This document shows, piece by piece, positions 52,676 through 64,000 of a stretch of DNA of 64,000 nt. The stretch is from the NCBI GenBank assembly GCA_964187785.1, contig OZ076413.1:49540001-49604000 (forward strand). The letters run 5' to 3'. The first letter of the stretch is position 1; each line of letters starts with the position of its first letter. The position numbers were made by a program, and so were the translations under genes. Under the pieces are notes generated by a model. The model saw nothing but the letters and a program-made list of their open reading frames with translations. It did not search any database and had not been told where the DNA came from. Source of the stretch: Amphiscolops sp. MND2022 (Eukaryota).

Positions 52676-53689
52676 TCATATTTTGATAATTTGAATTGTG
52701 AAGGTGAGTGTCTCCCCGTTGAAATCAACTGAATCATGATTAGAGTCCTCAAGGAAAAATTGGATGGTGTCCAGTCGTGTTTTGTTAATTGATTTGTACA
52801 AAACAGTTGTGGGTTCTTTTATAATTTTATATCCGGGAGGTGCGCTTAAATTGAAAGAAAATAAAATTTGCTCTCGTATACCATTAACAATTGAACCATC
52901 TACACAGTCGCACTTCAGATGAACTTTGTCGGTGGTTGTTATCATGACTGGTTTTTCTGAAGTGTGAGTTCCGGGTGGGTAATCACGTTGTGTAAAACCC
53001 AGGACTTTGTTAAGTTCGGAGTTAAAATGAATAGGGTTTGAGGTTGTTAAAACTGATTTCATTGATATTGTGTCAGGTATTATGTTGAATTTAAAATCAT
53101 AATCACTTTCGTTAATTATTTGTTTTACGGAAGCATTGATATCAACTAATTCATATGCTCCTGGTGTTAGTTGTATTCCAAAGGAATCATGTTCAATTTC
53201 AAAATCAGGAATATGTATTTGTTGATCAGGATAGTTAAAAACTTCAATTAATTTCTTGAGTTGGTTAAAGTCTTTTCTAGTAAGTTTTTTCTTCTTTTTA
53301 GTATAACTATTAGTTATAAGTGTATTAGTTTTTTCTATAAATTTATCATCAGATGTTTCATACAAATCCTTTATTTTTGGCACTAATTCAGTGTCAACTC
53401 TATACTCTTCGAGTTGTTGTTTTGTTAGAAGAATTTCAAGTTTGTTATTCTTTTCAGTAATGTTATATACAGTGTTGTATACTTCTAGGCTTGTTACTCC
53501 CATCATCCATTTTTCAGGCAGTAGTAATGGAACATCAAATGAGAAAGATTCTTTTTGTTTAGTCATTTTAAATTCTAGAGTTTCTTGTGGTTTAGAATGA
53601 GTATTTTCAACAATTTCTTGATTAGATTTTGCAATACTTAAAAGAAGAGATTCTTTTTTATCATATGTTACGAAGCTTGATAGATCCAT
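52676..53689 (-). CDS. Minor capsid (penton-like) protein, 337 aa
   Basis: WMMGVTSLEVYN, LTPGAYE, HLKCDCVDGSIVNG..PPGYKI..VDFNGETLTFTIQI. Confidence 0.85.
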   Translation of the reverse strand: MDLSSFVTYDKKESLLLSIAKSNQEIVENTHSKPQETLEFKMTKQKESFSFDVPLLLPEKWMMGVTSLEVYNTVYNITEKNNKLEILLTKQQLEEYRVDTELVPKIKDLYETSDDKFIEKTNTLITNSYTKKKKKLTRKDFNQLKKLIEVFNYPDQQIHIPDFEIEHDSFGIQLTPGAYELVDINASVKQIINESDYDFKFNIIPDTISMKSVLTTSNPIHFNSELNKVLGFTQRDYPPGTHTSEKPVMITTTDKVHLKCDCVDGSIVNGIREQILFSFNLSAPPGYKIIKEPTTVLYKSINKTRLDTIQFFLEDSNHDSVDFNGETLTFTIQIIKI

Positions 53690-53704
53690 TTATTAAGAAA
53701 AAAA

Positions 53705-53920
53705 TCATGCTTGAAATTGTTTGAATCCACTAGCGGAAATGTTATTTATAAATTCTTGCCTATCTTTTGATAATGTTTTCTTATGTGTGAAACTCTGTGA
53801 CTTCGATGAATTTTTTCCATGATTTTGATTTTGATTGTGAAGCTGTGTGCGAGAGCTGTCGCGTAGCTGCGCGGGTTGGATAATTTTATATTGAGTTGAA
53901 TAATTCTTAATTTTCTTCAT
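53705..53920 (-). CDS. Small basic protein, 71 aa
   Basis: Has the TAATAAATG start motif and overlaps the protease stop (ATGA). Confidence 0.65.
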   Translation of the reverse strand: MKKIKNYSTQYKIIQPAQLRDSSRTQLHNQNQNHGKNSSKSQSFTHKKTLSKDRQEFINNISASGFKQFQA

Positions 53921-54336
53921 TTATTAAGTTTGAAAGTTTGGTAGTATAAATTTAGTACTGCATTTTTGAACCCAATTTTATTTGTGAGATACAGTGTGTA
54001 TAAACAATACGCCGCGCAATAACTGTCGTTGGTCTGAATTTGATATTCTGAATAAATACCATTTTTAATATGATTAAGTATATTAGTTGGGGGTGGGCAT
54101 CCATATGAATCAAAATAATTTTGATTTGTAAACATAACCCAATGTGTTCCCACTGAGGGATGTAAGTTAACTATACCACTGGTAGTGTTAAACTTATCAT
54201 CTCTCATGTATATTCCACATGGAATATTTAATTCATTAAGTATTTCTTTTATTTTTACATTGGAAGTTGCTTCGTTTTTTAATCCATATTTTTCAACAAA
54301 TTCTTTGAATGATAAATAATTGCGAAGCTGCGCCAT
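53917..54336 (-). CDS. Adenain-like cysteine maturation protease, 139 aa
   Basis: GIVNL..GTHWV..YFDSYG..QIQ....YCAAYC (His-Asp-Gln-Cys). Confidence 0.92.
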   Translation of the reverse strand: MAQLRNYLSFKEFVEKYGLKNEATSNVKIKEILNELNIPCGIYMRDDKFNTTSGIVNLHPSVGTHWVMFTNQNYFDSYGCPPPTNILNHIKNGIYSEYQIQTNDSYCAAYCLYTLYLTNKIGFKNAVLNLYYQTFKLNK

Positions 54337-54358
54337 TTATTAGTTATTTTTCATTGTT

Positions 54359-54632
54359 GCTGGTTGTGCATTAATGCTGGTTGTGCATTAATGCTGGCTG
54401 TACAGCAACGTGTTATTATTACACATTGCGTAGCTTCGTGCGTAGTTTCGCGATAGCTTTCGCGATAGCTTTCGCGCATCATAGAGGTTGGTGCGAAGCT
54501 TCGCGAATTTGCTTCATGGTAAAAACACTATTTTTGATGATTTGTTTTCTAAAAAGTGCTTAAAATCAATGGTTTTGAGGACTTTTAATTTTTGGGGTTT
54601 TTGTGGCCCGTATAGGGATTTCCACTACTACT
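54359..54632 (-). repeat. Right TIR (274 bp)
   Basis: Inverted copy of 39799-40072. Confidence 0.96.
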
Positions 54633-56174
54633 AATTAGAATAAAAACATATAAGGAACGTCATAGAACCAGAGCCCTTATGACTAGAAAGTGTACTTTTA
54701 GGTCAACCATCTGAGACAGATTCTTACAAAGCCGAATGTATATCAAAAGTGAAAACTCAGAATTCTAGAAAATCAAATTTTCGAATTCAAATTGGTAATT
54801 CTCAAGAGAATTTAAGCCCCATACTAAAGACAGTGAATTTTTCGTTGAAAGAACAATGCTGTCATTACTGGTTATCTTGAAATTCGAGGAAAACGTTCAA
54901 CCCATTACCAAAACCCCCTTGTTTCATTATTTTTTTTTCGTTTATACTCAGTTAATGGTCGGACCAAAAGTTATTAAACCTCCCCAGCTTAATAAAACCT
55001 TGGTTTAAAATCAGTCACCCGTAAAAGACAGAAAAACTTATCTATTGAACTTTTTGGAAACTTCTCAAACACAGATTACTTAATTGACAAATCCCGGACT
55101 TGAGTTTGTTCAACGACTCAGTGAAACCGAATAACCGGGTGAATTTTAAGATTGTTCCTCTCGAATGTCAGCTGTCATGATTTTTTGACAATCAGTTTCA
55201 ATCAACCCAATCGCTCCCTAAATAGTCTATATCTAGATCATCACGAAAACGGATTCTCAGAGTTATTCGGACGAAGTTTAACGAATTCCCTAATTACGTT
55301 TTCACCATCTTATCACTTTGTTAGTTTTTGATTATGAATTGTTGGGTAAAGAGATTTATTCAGTACATATTTGCTTCTCAGAGTGACAAATCTTTTCATG
55401 AAGTACATACAAGCGAAGATGTTCGGAAGAGTTTATCACTGGGATTATTTTTGGAAGGGCAGAAAGACGAAGACTGTAGCCGGGGACTCAAGCAACTGGG
55501 CTAATTTAATCGGTCGTGATGCCCCCTCCCAAGCAAACAAGCTGACATCTACCAACAGCCAACTGCTCTCGATCTTTAGCCATAAAGATTCCATCACTCA
55601 GTGCTTCAATTCAAGGCGAATTCAGTCGACGCACTACGTAAGTCCGCGTCTCAAAAATACTAACGCCCAAAGTAAGTTTATATTTTCTAGTTTGTTGACG
55701 TAAACATTTTTTGCTAGTCACTGTTGAAACATCATTTTCGAGCAAGCTAGCACAAAAAAGTCTCCATAATTTTGTCAACTTTTTTGTTGAACTTCAGAAG
55801 CAGGTTTATAAATAGTTAAGCGGCAGAACTTAAGTTTATGTACGTGAAAATTTTTTGCTTGGAACCATGAATGAGTCTTGAAAAACAGCGCAACTTTTAA
55901 AGAAAAGGTATCTATTTTGTAGAAACTTCGAACAAACAAAAATGTCCAACTTTTTAGATGTTTTAATCTGTTTTGTAAAGGAGGCCTTGTATATGTCAAT
56001 ATAATGATGAGTTCGTCGATCATAAGGAGTTGCGTTCAAAAATCTTGCAGGATTGCTTTTCTAAAATGTTAAAATTTAAAAGGATGTATTTACTTTGAGA
56101 GCAATTGAACTATTGAAACAATATATCTCTCGCCTATATTTTGTAGTGTATATTCTTTTCAGTCATTCAGTCTA

Positions 56175-56909
56175 CCGTATTTTCTCGATTAAAAGCCGCG
56201 GCTCTCATTCTTTTCGACGACTTTTTTCCGCGGCTCTTATTCGAAGGCGGCTTTTATTCGAAGGCGGCTTTTATTCGAAGGCGGCTTTTATTCGAAGGCG
56301 GCTTTTATTCGAAGGCGGCTTTTATTCGAAGGCGGCTCTTAAAATATTTTACCGAAATTTATTTAATTTTCCAAGAAACCAATGTTCTCAGAAACATTCT
56401 CATTTCTGAGAAATACATTTCTCAGAAACATTCTCGTTTTAAACATTCTCGTTTCTGAGAAATCCAGCGCGGACTTTATCATTTCAGTTTGGACAATGAG
56501 TGCAAAAAATACGAAAAATCTTACGATATTAACTTTAAACTAAAAGTCATCAATTTTGCGGAGGAAAATAATCGTGATGCAGGCATGAAATTCTAGTCGA
56601 AGAACCTGAAGAAAATTTCGATAATGATCTAATTTTGGACGATATTGATGACGAAAGTTTAGATTCGGATAATATCTTTGTTGTGGAGTGATTGTGTAAT
56701 ACATTTGTGTATCTTTGTTTTGAGTCTTTGTTGTTTTCCGTGTAATTCATTGTTTGCAAAAAGAACAAAATCTTTTGATGATCCCTGAATTCGAAAAAAA
56801 TGCGGCTCTTATTCGAAGGCGGCTCTTATTTATTAATTTCAAAAAGTAGTGCGGCTTTTATTCGAAGGCGGCTTTTAAGCGAAGGCGGCTCTCAAACGAG
56901 AAAATACGG
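56175..56909. mobile_element. Tc1/mariner-pogo-type MITE with 17-bp subterminal repeats
   Basis: TA|CCGTATTTTCTCG...CGAGAAAATACGG|TA; about 6.5 tandem GCGGCTTTTATTCGAAG units at 56230-56340. Confidence 0.9.
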
Positions 56910-57722
56910 TACATTAAAAGTTAATTCACTGAAAGTTTTGTGCATTGTTTTGAAGCATCGAAAACAAGTAATAATTTGCTACATTTTCCATGTTTTCACT
57001 TCACAAATTTAATTTTGCAATCAACCTAATAGTATATAAGTAACAATTATTGAACAGTTTGGTCGATGACAATGCCAGTTTCTTTCGTTCTGTAAAATTG
57101 ATCCTTGAAAAAACAAAAAACGTAACAAAACGAAAAACAATATAGCACAAGTTTTGTGAGTTGGAAGACAGCTTTAACAAATAGGCAGAGCGTTTTTGTT
57201 TTGCTTTCTGACACGGATCGCGTTAAGGCGTCCCCTTCTTGGGGTTAGTGCTCTGGAGAAACGCAACAGTACTCGAATAAAAATAATTTTCGAGCAAGCT
57301 AGCACAAAAAGTCTTCATAATTTTGTCAATTTTTTGTTGAACTTCAGAAGCAGGTTTATAAATAGTTAAGCGGCAGAACTTAAGTTTATGTTTGTGAAAA
57401 TTTTTGCTTGGAACCATGAATGAGTCTTGAAAAACAGCGCAACTTTTAAAGAAAAGGTATCTATTTTGTAGAAACTTCGAACAAACAAAAATGTCCAACT
57501 TTTCAGATTTTTTAATCTGTTTTGTAAAGGAGGCCTTGTATATGTCAATATAATGATGAGTTCGTCGATCATAAGGAGTTGCGTTCAAAAATCTTGCAGG
57601 ATTGCTTTTCTAAAATGTTAAAATTTAGAAGGATGTATTTACTTTGAGACAATTGAACTATTGAAAAAATATATATCTCGCCTATATTTTGCAGTGTATA
57701 TTCTTTCCAGTCATTCAGTCTA

Positions 57723-58146
57723 CCGTATTTTCTCGATTAAAAGCCGCGGCTCTTATTTTTTTCGACGAGTTTTTTCCGCGGCTCTTATTCGAAGGCGGCT
57801 CTTAAAATATTTTACCGAAGTTTATTTAATTTTCCGAGAAACCAATGTTCTCAGAAACATTGGACTAATTTTGGACGATATTGATGACAAAAATTTAGAT
57901 TTGGATAATATCTTTGTTGTGGAGTGATTGTGTAATACATTTGTGTATCTTTGTTTTGAGTCTTTGTTGTTTTCCTGTGTAATTCATTGTTTGCAAAATG
58001 GACAAAATCTTTTGATGATCCCTGAATTCGAAAAAAATGCGGCTCTTATTCGAAGGCAGCTCTTATTTATTAGTTTCAAAAATTTGTGCGGCTCTTAATC
58101 GAAGGCGGCTTTTAATCGAAGGCGGCTCTTAAACGAGAAAATACGG
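57723..58146. mobile_element. Shorter duplicate of the same MITE
   Basis: Same TIRs and TA flanks, fewer 17-mers and an internal deletion. Confidence 0.9.
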
Positions 58147-60937
58147 TACATTAAAAGTTAATTCACTGAAAGTTTTGTGCATTGTTTTGAAGCATCGAAA
58201 ACAAGTAATAATATGTTACATTTTCCATGTTTTCACTTCACAAATTTAATTTTGCAATGAACCTAATAGTATATGAGTAACAATTATTTAACAGTTTGGT
58301 CGATGACAGTGCCAGTTTCTTTCTTTCTGTAAAATTGATCCTTGAAAAAAAAACAAAAAACGTGACAAAACGAGAAACAATATAGCACAAGTTTTGTGAG
58401 TTGGAAGACAGCTTTAACAAATAGGCAGAGCTCTTTTGTTTCGTTTTCTGACACGGATCGCGTTAAGGCTTCCCCTTCTTGGGGTTAGTGCTGTGGAGAA
58501 ACGCAACAGTACTCGAATACCCTATCGTCGAACTATTCAAATTTTATTTTTTTCCAGATACTTAGATGTTTCTTAACATTCTTAAGATTGCGACCAAAAT
58601 GAGACACACAAGAAACAAAAGTCGGAAAAATTGGAACTTTGCTAGTGATAACGATACTCTAGATTCTCGTGCCGTATTACGAATGAATGCTCTACGAGAA
58701 TGGGGCGTTAAACCTCCTGATAAAATAGCAAGTGACATGGATGAAAAGCAACTAAAAAAAATTATAACCAAGACGCAGATCTTTAGATTTTTGGCAATGG
58801 AATAACGGTTGAACTCGTGTGCAAGTAGATGAAAACTCAAGTGAATGATGAATTCCTGTGTAACCTTTACCACACTCTGAAACAAATATAAAAAATCCGC
58901 AAACAAATTTTCAGAAAAGTTACAAAATCTAAAAATTTTTTGTATTCTGGTTTCATCACGAAAATCCTTTGCGCTTTTACAAAGTTTTTTCAGGGGCTTC
59001 CTTAATAATTTTTTCATTGTGTCTTTCAATGTAACCTTTTTTTATCAAATTGTACTGCCTTCTGATAAATTAAAATTATTACTATTATTATTGTTGTTGC
59101 TAAGCCCAATGAAAGAAGATTTAGAAAGTTTTGTTGGCATTCCCTATCATATTCAGCGATCATCATTTCCATATTCCACGTAGAATGATCATCTTGCCGT
59201 ATTACAAAAAGTCGTATGAGGTGTTATACTTGATACTATCAGATCATATATATGTCAAATTTTTATACACACGCATACTGAGTTTATCGTCACACTTTCA
59301 GTTTTACGATTTGTGTTTATTTTTTCCTTCCCAGACTAAGCACTTTCTTCCCACCGAAAAATTTGAGAATTCAGTCACGTAAGCATGAAAAGTTTTTATC
59401 GATGTGTTTTGAAAACGGGCATTGGTTATGAAAACGGAAAGCGCTAGTTGCTTTATCAGTCTAATTCGCCTTGAATGACGTGGGACATTGAAACAGGCTG
59501 TGATCACGTGACACGATGAAGGGAGTTACAATACTTTTGGCAGTGGCATTTGCCTTGACCCTCGTGACGCGAGTTCAGGCATGTTGAAAATTGCGACAAT
59601 ATCAAAAATATGTGTACTTTTATAAGCAAACAAATGTTTTATATATAGAATGACTCACCTTCTTGAGTCACTCACTTGAGGTCAATTTTGATTAAAATTC
59701 GGAAGAGAAAAATCAAAAACATACAACATTGCATGGAAATACTCGCTGAATTGTTCGTTCAATACTAGACAAGTTCATGTGTTTCGAGTCATTAGATTGA
59801 TAAAGATTTTTGAACACGAACATTAAGAACTTTTCTTTAAATACCTTATCAATGAAAAATGTTTAGAAATGTATGTTTTCGACGTTTTCTAACCCTAAAC
59901 AAACACTTCTCTGTTTTTGTCAAAACCAATTATTTCTTTTATGTGTTGGTCATTATTTAGCAGATTAAGTCAATAATTGACCTTCAATTAGAAACTAATT
60001 AAATAATCAATTTTTTAAATCTTATTGATGCGCGCGCATCAACATGCCTTTTTGAGTGAAGACGTCCATGTATGCAGCTAGCATGTACGTGGAGGAACAT
60101 TTAAATGATGAAGAAAACGACATTGGCGATGGCGACGATGACTCAGAAGAATTCGACAATAAAGGAGATGACCTCAAGAATGACCCCACTCGCAGGCGAT
60201 TACTCAGAACCAACACCTTGCCTAAAAACAAAGTTCTTCCTGTCCAATGCTCCGTTAGTTCCTTTCATACATAATCATTAGTTTAAAAGATCGATTTATC
60301 GTTCGAAGATGTTGATAAATCGACAAATATTTTGAAAAAGTTGCCGGGATTTTGTCAGAACGTTTTTTTCTGCTGAACTTCAGAAGCAGGTTTATATATC
60401 AGCATCTGATCTTCAGAGCAACTTGAAAGAGTCTAAGACGTTTTCTTCTTCACTAGGGTACAAAAAAACTAAAGGCACTTGATTGACACAAAAATCCCTG
60501 AACCAAATTTTTTCAAATGAAGATAAAAATCACAGGGACACTGTTAGCTTTGAAATTGAACAAAATTGCCAAGCTTTTACAACTAGCCTATTTTCGCGTT
60601 TTGGCATTTTCCGAAATTTATCATACAATACTTTGAAAATCGCTGTTTTAACCAAAAACTGCACGCGACAAACACTTTACATTTGATTCAGATCCATAAC
60701 TGTTGACTTTAACACCTTTTCTGAAAACGCACTCCCAATGAATTTAAACCGCAAAATGATCTTGGAATGAGAACTCTTCATTTTTTACTCTGTAAGAATA
60801 TTGTGATGAAGGAATTAACACTGTTTTAGGTTGTTCATTTTTGAAGAAAGCATTTTCATAAAAAGTGTTGAATAGCAAGGTTAAACAAGCCGGAAATGGC
60901 CTAAATCGGCTCCCCACTCAAGGTTAAAAAAACAAAG

Positions 60938-63089
60938 TGTCGCAGGCTGCCGCCTGCAATGGAACAATCATCACGACATCAGCAGACGGACACTACATCG
61001 CACCAGGAACGCTTCCTACATTTTAATGTTAAAACTAAAAATTAACCAATCACAGTGCAGTATAGCTAGTATTATCTTTCAGTAATACATTATTTGGCCG
61101 GTTATGGCCGCTTGCCTTAATCTAACTACTATGCTCGCACACGCTGGTCCAATGGCCGGTTCCGGCCTATTTAGCTTTCATCAAGTAATATGTGCTATTT
61201 AATCAGTAGTGCTGTGTATTTTCTTGGAAAGTACTTGAAGCTGTCTTAATACGTCAGATGCAATGATTAAAGGTGTTAGGAGAAGAATTGCTAATTGTTT
61301 TAATTATAGTTGCTATTGATAAAATCCTGTACCAGAAACGTCACTTGAGCACGCGGCCTTGTCCAATCAAATTACTCCATTTGCTACGCAGTTAATACTT
61401 CCATTCATTATTGGCCGAATAAGGCTTGTGGACATAACTTCGCTACTTTTAATAAATATTCAGTCAAACTGCCGGTTCCGGCCATTTCACATAAAGCACA
61501 TTTGTGATGCTAATTGTTCTCACACTTAACCAGGATTCACGTGCTTGTACTCTTAGGCTAAATAACCCCTCTAGTGCAGTATTACCTAACTATATCCCAA
61601 ACTTAGCTCTTTCAGACGGTTAAGGCCGTTTGACCAGTATTTAATATTGATTACTTAGTACGGGGCAATTAGCCTATTCAGGCCAGATTGTGTAAAGCGC
61701 TGTACACATTTTTAATTGATTGGCCGTATATGGCCACTTGACATTATATTAGATTGGTAATGCAGGACAAAAGGCAAATGGCCGGTTTAGGCCATTTTGC
61801 TTATTATCATTAGAGATGCTTTTAAGCATGAATGAGTTTGTTTTACAGTCATGTAAGATTATATTTAAGTACTTGAAGATGTTAATGAGCTTTTTAAATC
61901 CAATTAGTGCAATAATAACGACCAGTAGTAGCAATCCGAATACCCGTCACCTGTCCTGTTCCGGCCTTCGCTAGTCCTTCCAAGTCCAATGGCCGTATCG
62001 GGCCATATTACTATATTATGTTCAGTTCTATTGCATGAAACTGTGTCTTTGTTTTGTTGATTCTACGCACCTGTGTAGGCACGTGCCGCTAAATAGTTTA
62101 CATTCCTCTCACTGTAAACAATTTGAAAGTATTAGTTTTTGATGTTTGGTCAAAGTGTTGTTTGCCTAATATAATAAAGCTAAATTCCTCCGCTCCCCTT
62201 TGATGATAGTATGTGCAGTTAGAAAATGCATTTGAGTGCATTCCAAATTTTATGTAATTTTTAAATGATGTTGCTGCGAATGAATAAGGTTTGAATGCCC
62301 TTTGACCTTAACGGGACAATATCCTAAAGTGCTTTGATGTAGTTGACGCCGCTAAAAACGAATGAATGTTAGTGGTCACCCGCCATAGTCATGTGCCCTT
62401 TATGGAATCTGTAAATAGATTGTTATGCAAGGAATGTGAGTGTCACCCTCTCAAGGGTATATATATTAGTAATTTTCCCGAGAGGGACACAATTGTATTT
62501 TGCTTCTCCAAGTTTAGTTTGACATACCTGTTTACGATACAACGCACAAAATCCTAATTTCCGAACAAGATAATTCACTATTTTTGCTCGGACTTTCTTC
62601 AATGCATATTCAAAGAAAGAGGAGAAAATTTAGACAGGAATCTTGCTAGAAGGCCCGAAAGTGCCATTAGCAATAACTTTGGAAATGACGATGAAAACAT
62701 GTACTCAAGTCTACGAGTTGTCAGTACAGGGATAAATGCCGATTACGGCCAGAATTCAGTCGGGACTAGTTCTAATGTTGAGATTAACAGGTTGTTGAGC
62801 GAGTTGAACTCGAGGTTATCTAGAGAAGTAGATGGGATGATGAGTAGTGTCAATACCCAGATCCACAGGGCAATTAGTGATGCATTTGATAGTCAAATAT
62901 TGCCTCAGATTCAAACTGCCCTATATTCCGGATCGGGCCATTTGACACAAAATAGAGGGAACGTTCCGTCCGAGAGACCGGAAATTAATTCCGAAGAAAA
63001 CTGCTCTAAGAAAACTAGGAAAATTTCAAGAAGTGAGCAATTCCGTGATCGTCCAATTGACGGAACCGCAAATGATAGTGCTTACGACA
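60938..63089 (+). mobile_element. Solo LTR (2152 bp) of the gag-in-LTR group
   Basis: TGTCGCA...TTACGACA termini; 5-bp TSD CAAAG (60933-60937, 63090-63094). Internal ORF from 62699 resembles the 7056 ORF (SEL.S..SR..NTQI..AI...ILPQI; ends SAYD). Confidence 0.88.
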
Positions 63090-63647
63090 CAAAGTGTTTT
63101 ACATATACGAAGGGTCAGTATTGTGAAAGTTTCATCAACATTTCAGCGCCAAAACTTAACCGAAGGGAAACCCACGCGATTCAATTTTCCTTGACTTGAA
63201 ACATCGAAAACCCTATTTTTGAAAAAAAATCAATAGCTCTCCTTTCTGAAAAACTCTCACAGTGCAGAAAAGCCCAAAAGAGACACGCTTTTTTTTCAAG
63301 TCCAAAAAATATCAAAAAGTGAAGAGCCTTTTGGCCGAATGAAGTTTTTCGAGGAAAAGTCGCACAGTGCTGAAAAACGTACGTCATATTGAACAAACTC
63401 TCAGCAGGGACAAAGGGACAAACAATAACCAAACAATAACCAAAGAGGTCACCCTTAAGACTCTGAAAACAGTTTTACATTACAGTTGACGGAACACCTC
63501 AAAGGTGATCGCAAAACGTTTCATGTTTGTAAAAGAACGAAGGTGGTTTAGGTTTAAAAAAATTAGAAAAGAAGTCGCATAGTGCCTAAGAAACCCAAAG
63601 GGAGAACACTTTTGTCTCCGCTCTACTTTAGCGAGAATCAAAAAAAT

Positions 63648-63730
63648 TGGTTTTAGTGCGAGAGTCGAACCAACGTACTCCTGCTTCTCAGACATTAGGA
63701 ATTCCGCGTTAACATCTAGGCCTAGTGGCA
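63648..63730 (-). repeat. tRNA-derived (SINE-head-like) segment
   Basis: B box GGTTCGACTC on the minus strand; no complete cloverleaf. Confidence 0.35.
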
Positions 63731-64000
63731 CAAGAATGGCTTAGATTTTACGACTTAGGTGTTTTTTATAAATATTGAATTGTCTATAGAAATCTGTCAA
63801 GTCGATTGTTCTAAAAAAGCCACTGCTATTATCGGTTCTTTTCTTCGAGAAGCAATAACTAAAAACGGCGTGGAGGCTACAAAATTGATCGAGAGATGTT
63901 TTCCTTCTAACCATTAGTTTTGGCGATTTTGCGCAATAAAGTTCGAAAAATCACAAAACTCCTCAAATACCATGTGATAAAGCTATTAAAATTTTGAATC

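Larger units (their letters stand above)
39799..54632. mobile_element. Complete Polinton/Maverick (adintovirus-like) endogenous DNA virus, 14,834 bp
   Basis: AGTAGTAGT...ACTACTACT termini; 274-bp TIRs; 6-bp TSD AATTAG (39793-39798, 54633-54638); pPolB, rve integrase, MCP, mCP, ATPases and protease. Confidence 0.97.
55734..58519. repeat. Tandem duplication: 55734-57279 and 57286-58519
   Basis: Both copies start ATTTTCGAGCAAGCTAGCAC and end AACAGTACTCGAATA. Confidence 0.93.

Noticed and set aside
56230..56340. CRISPR-like repeat array
   Set aside because: Head-to-tail 17-mers with no spacers, inside a MITE; no cas genes.
60056..60274. Short acidic ORF, possible host exon or transposase N-terminus
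   Set aside because: Too short, with no recognisable domain or splice support.

Overview
AT-rich eukaryotic (probably invertebrate animal) DNA made almost entirely of mobile elements; I recognise no host gene. Two complete virus-like insertions dominate. (1) An 18.85-kb Ty3/gypsy (Metaviridae-like) LTR element on the minus strand (9688-28538). It has 320-bp LTRs that look identical, a CAAG target-site duplication (TSD), an uninterrupted 2637-aa Gag-Pol and a gB/chuvirus-like class III envelope gene. It also carries three accessory ORFs, small hydrophobic leader ORFs, four covarying RNA three-way junctions after the PBS, and 1.66 kb with no AUG ahead of env. (2) A 14.83-kb Polinton/adintovirus-type DNA virus (39799-54632) with 274-bp TIRs, AGTAGT ends and an AATTAG TSD. 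It encodes pPolB, integrase, major and minor capsid, an adenain-like protease and two packaging ATPases. It also has a shared AATAAATG start motif, in-frame GC palindromes and a candidate Pol III (VA-RNA-like) ncRNA. The rest is a decayed gypsy family with long LTRs inside which the gag frame begins (one truncated element, a duplicated LTR, two solo LTRs), MITEs, tandem duplications and nested insertions. All calls come from reading motifs by eye; no searches were run.
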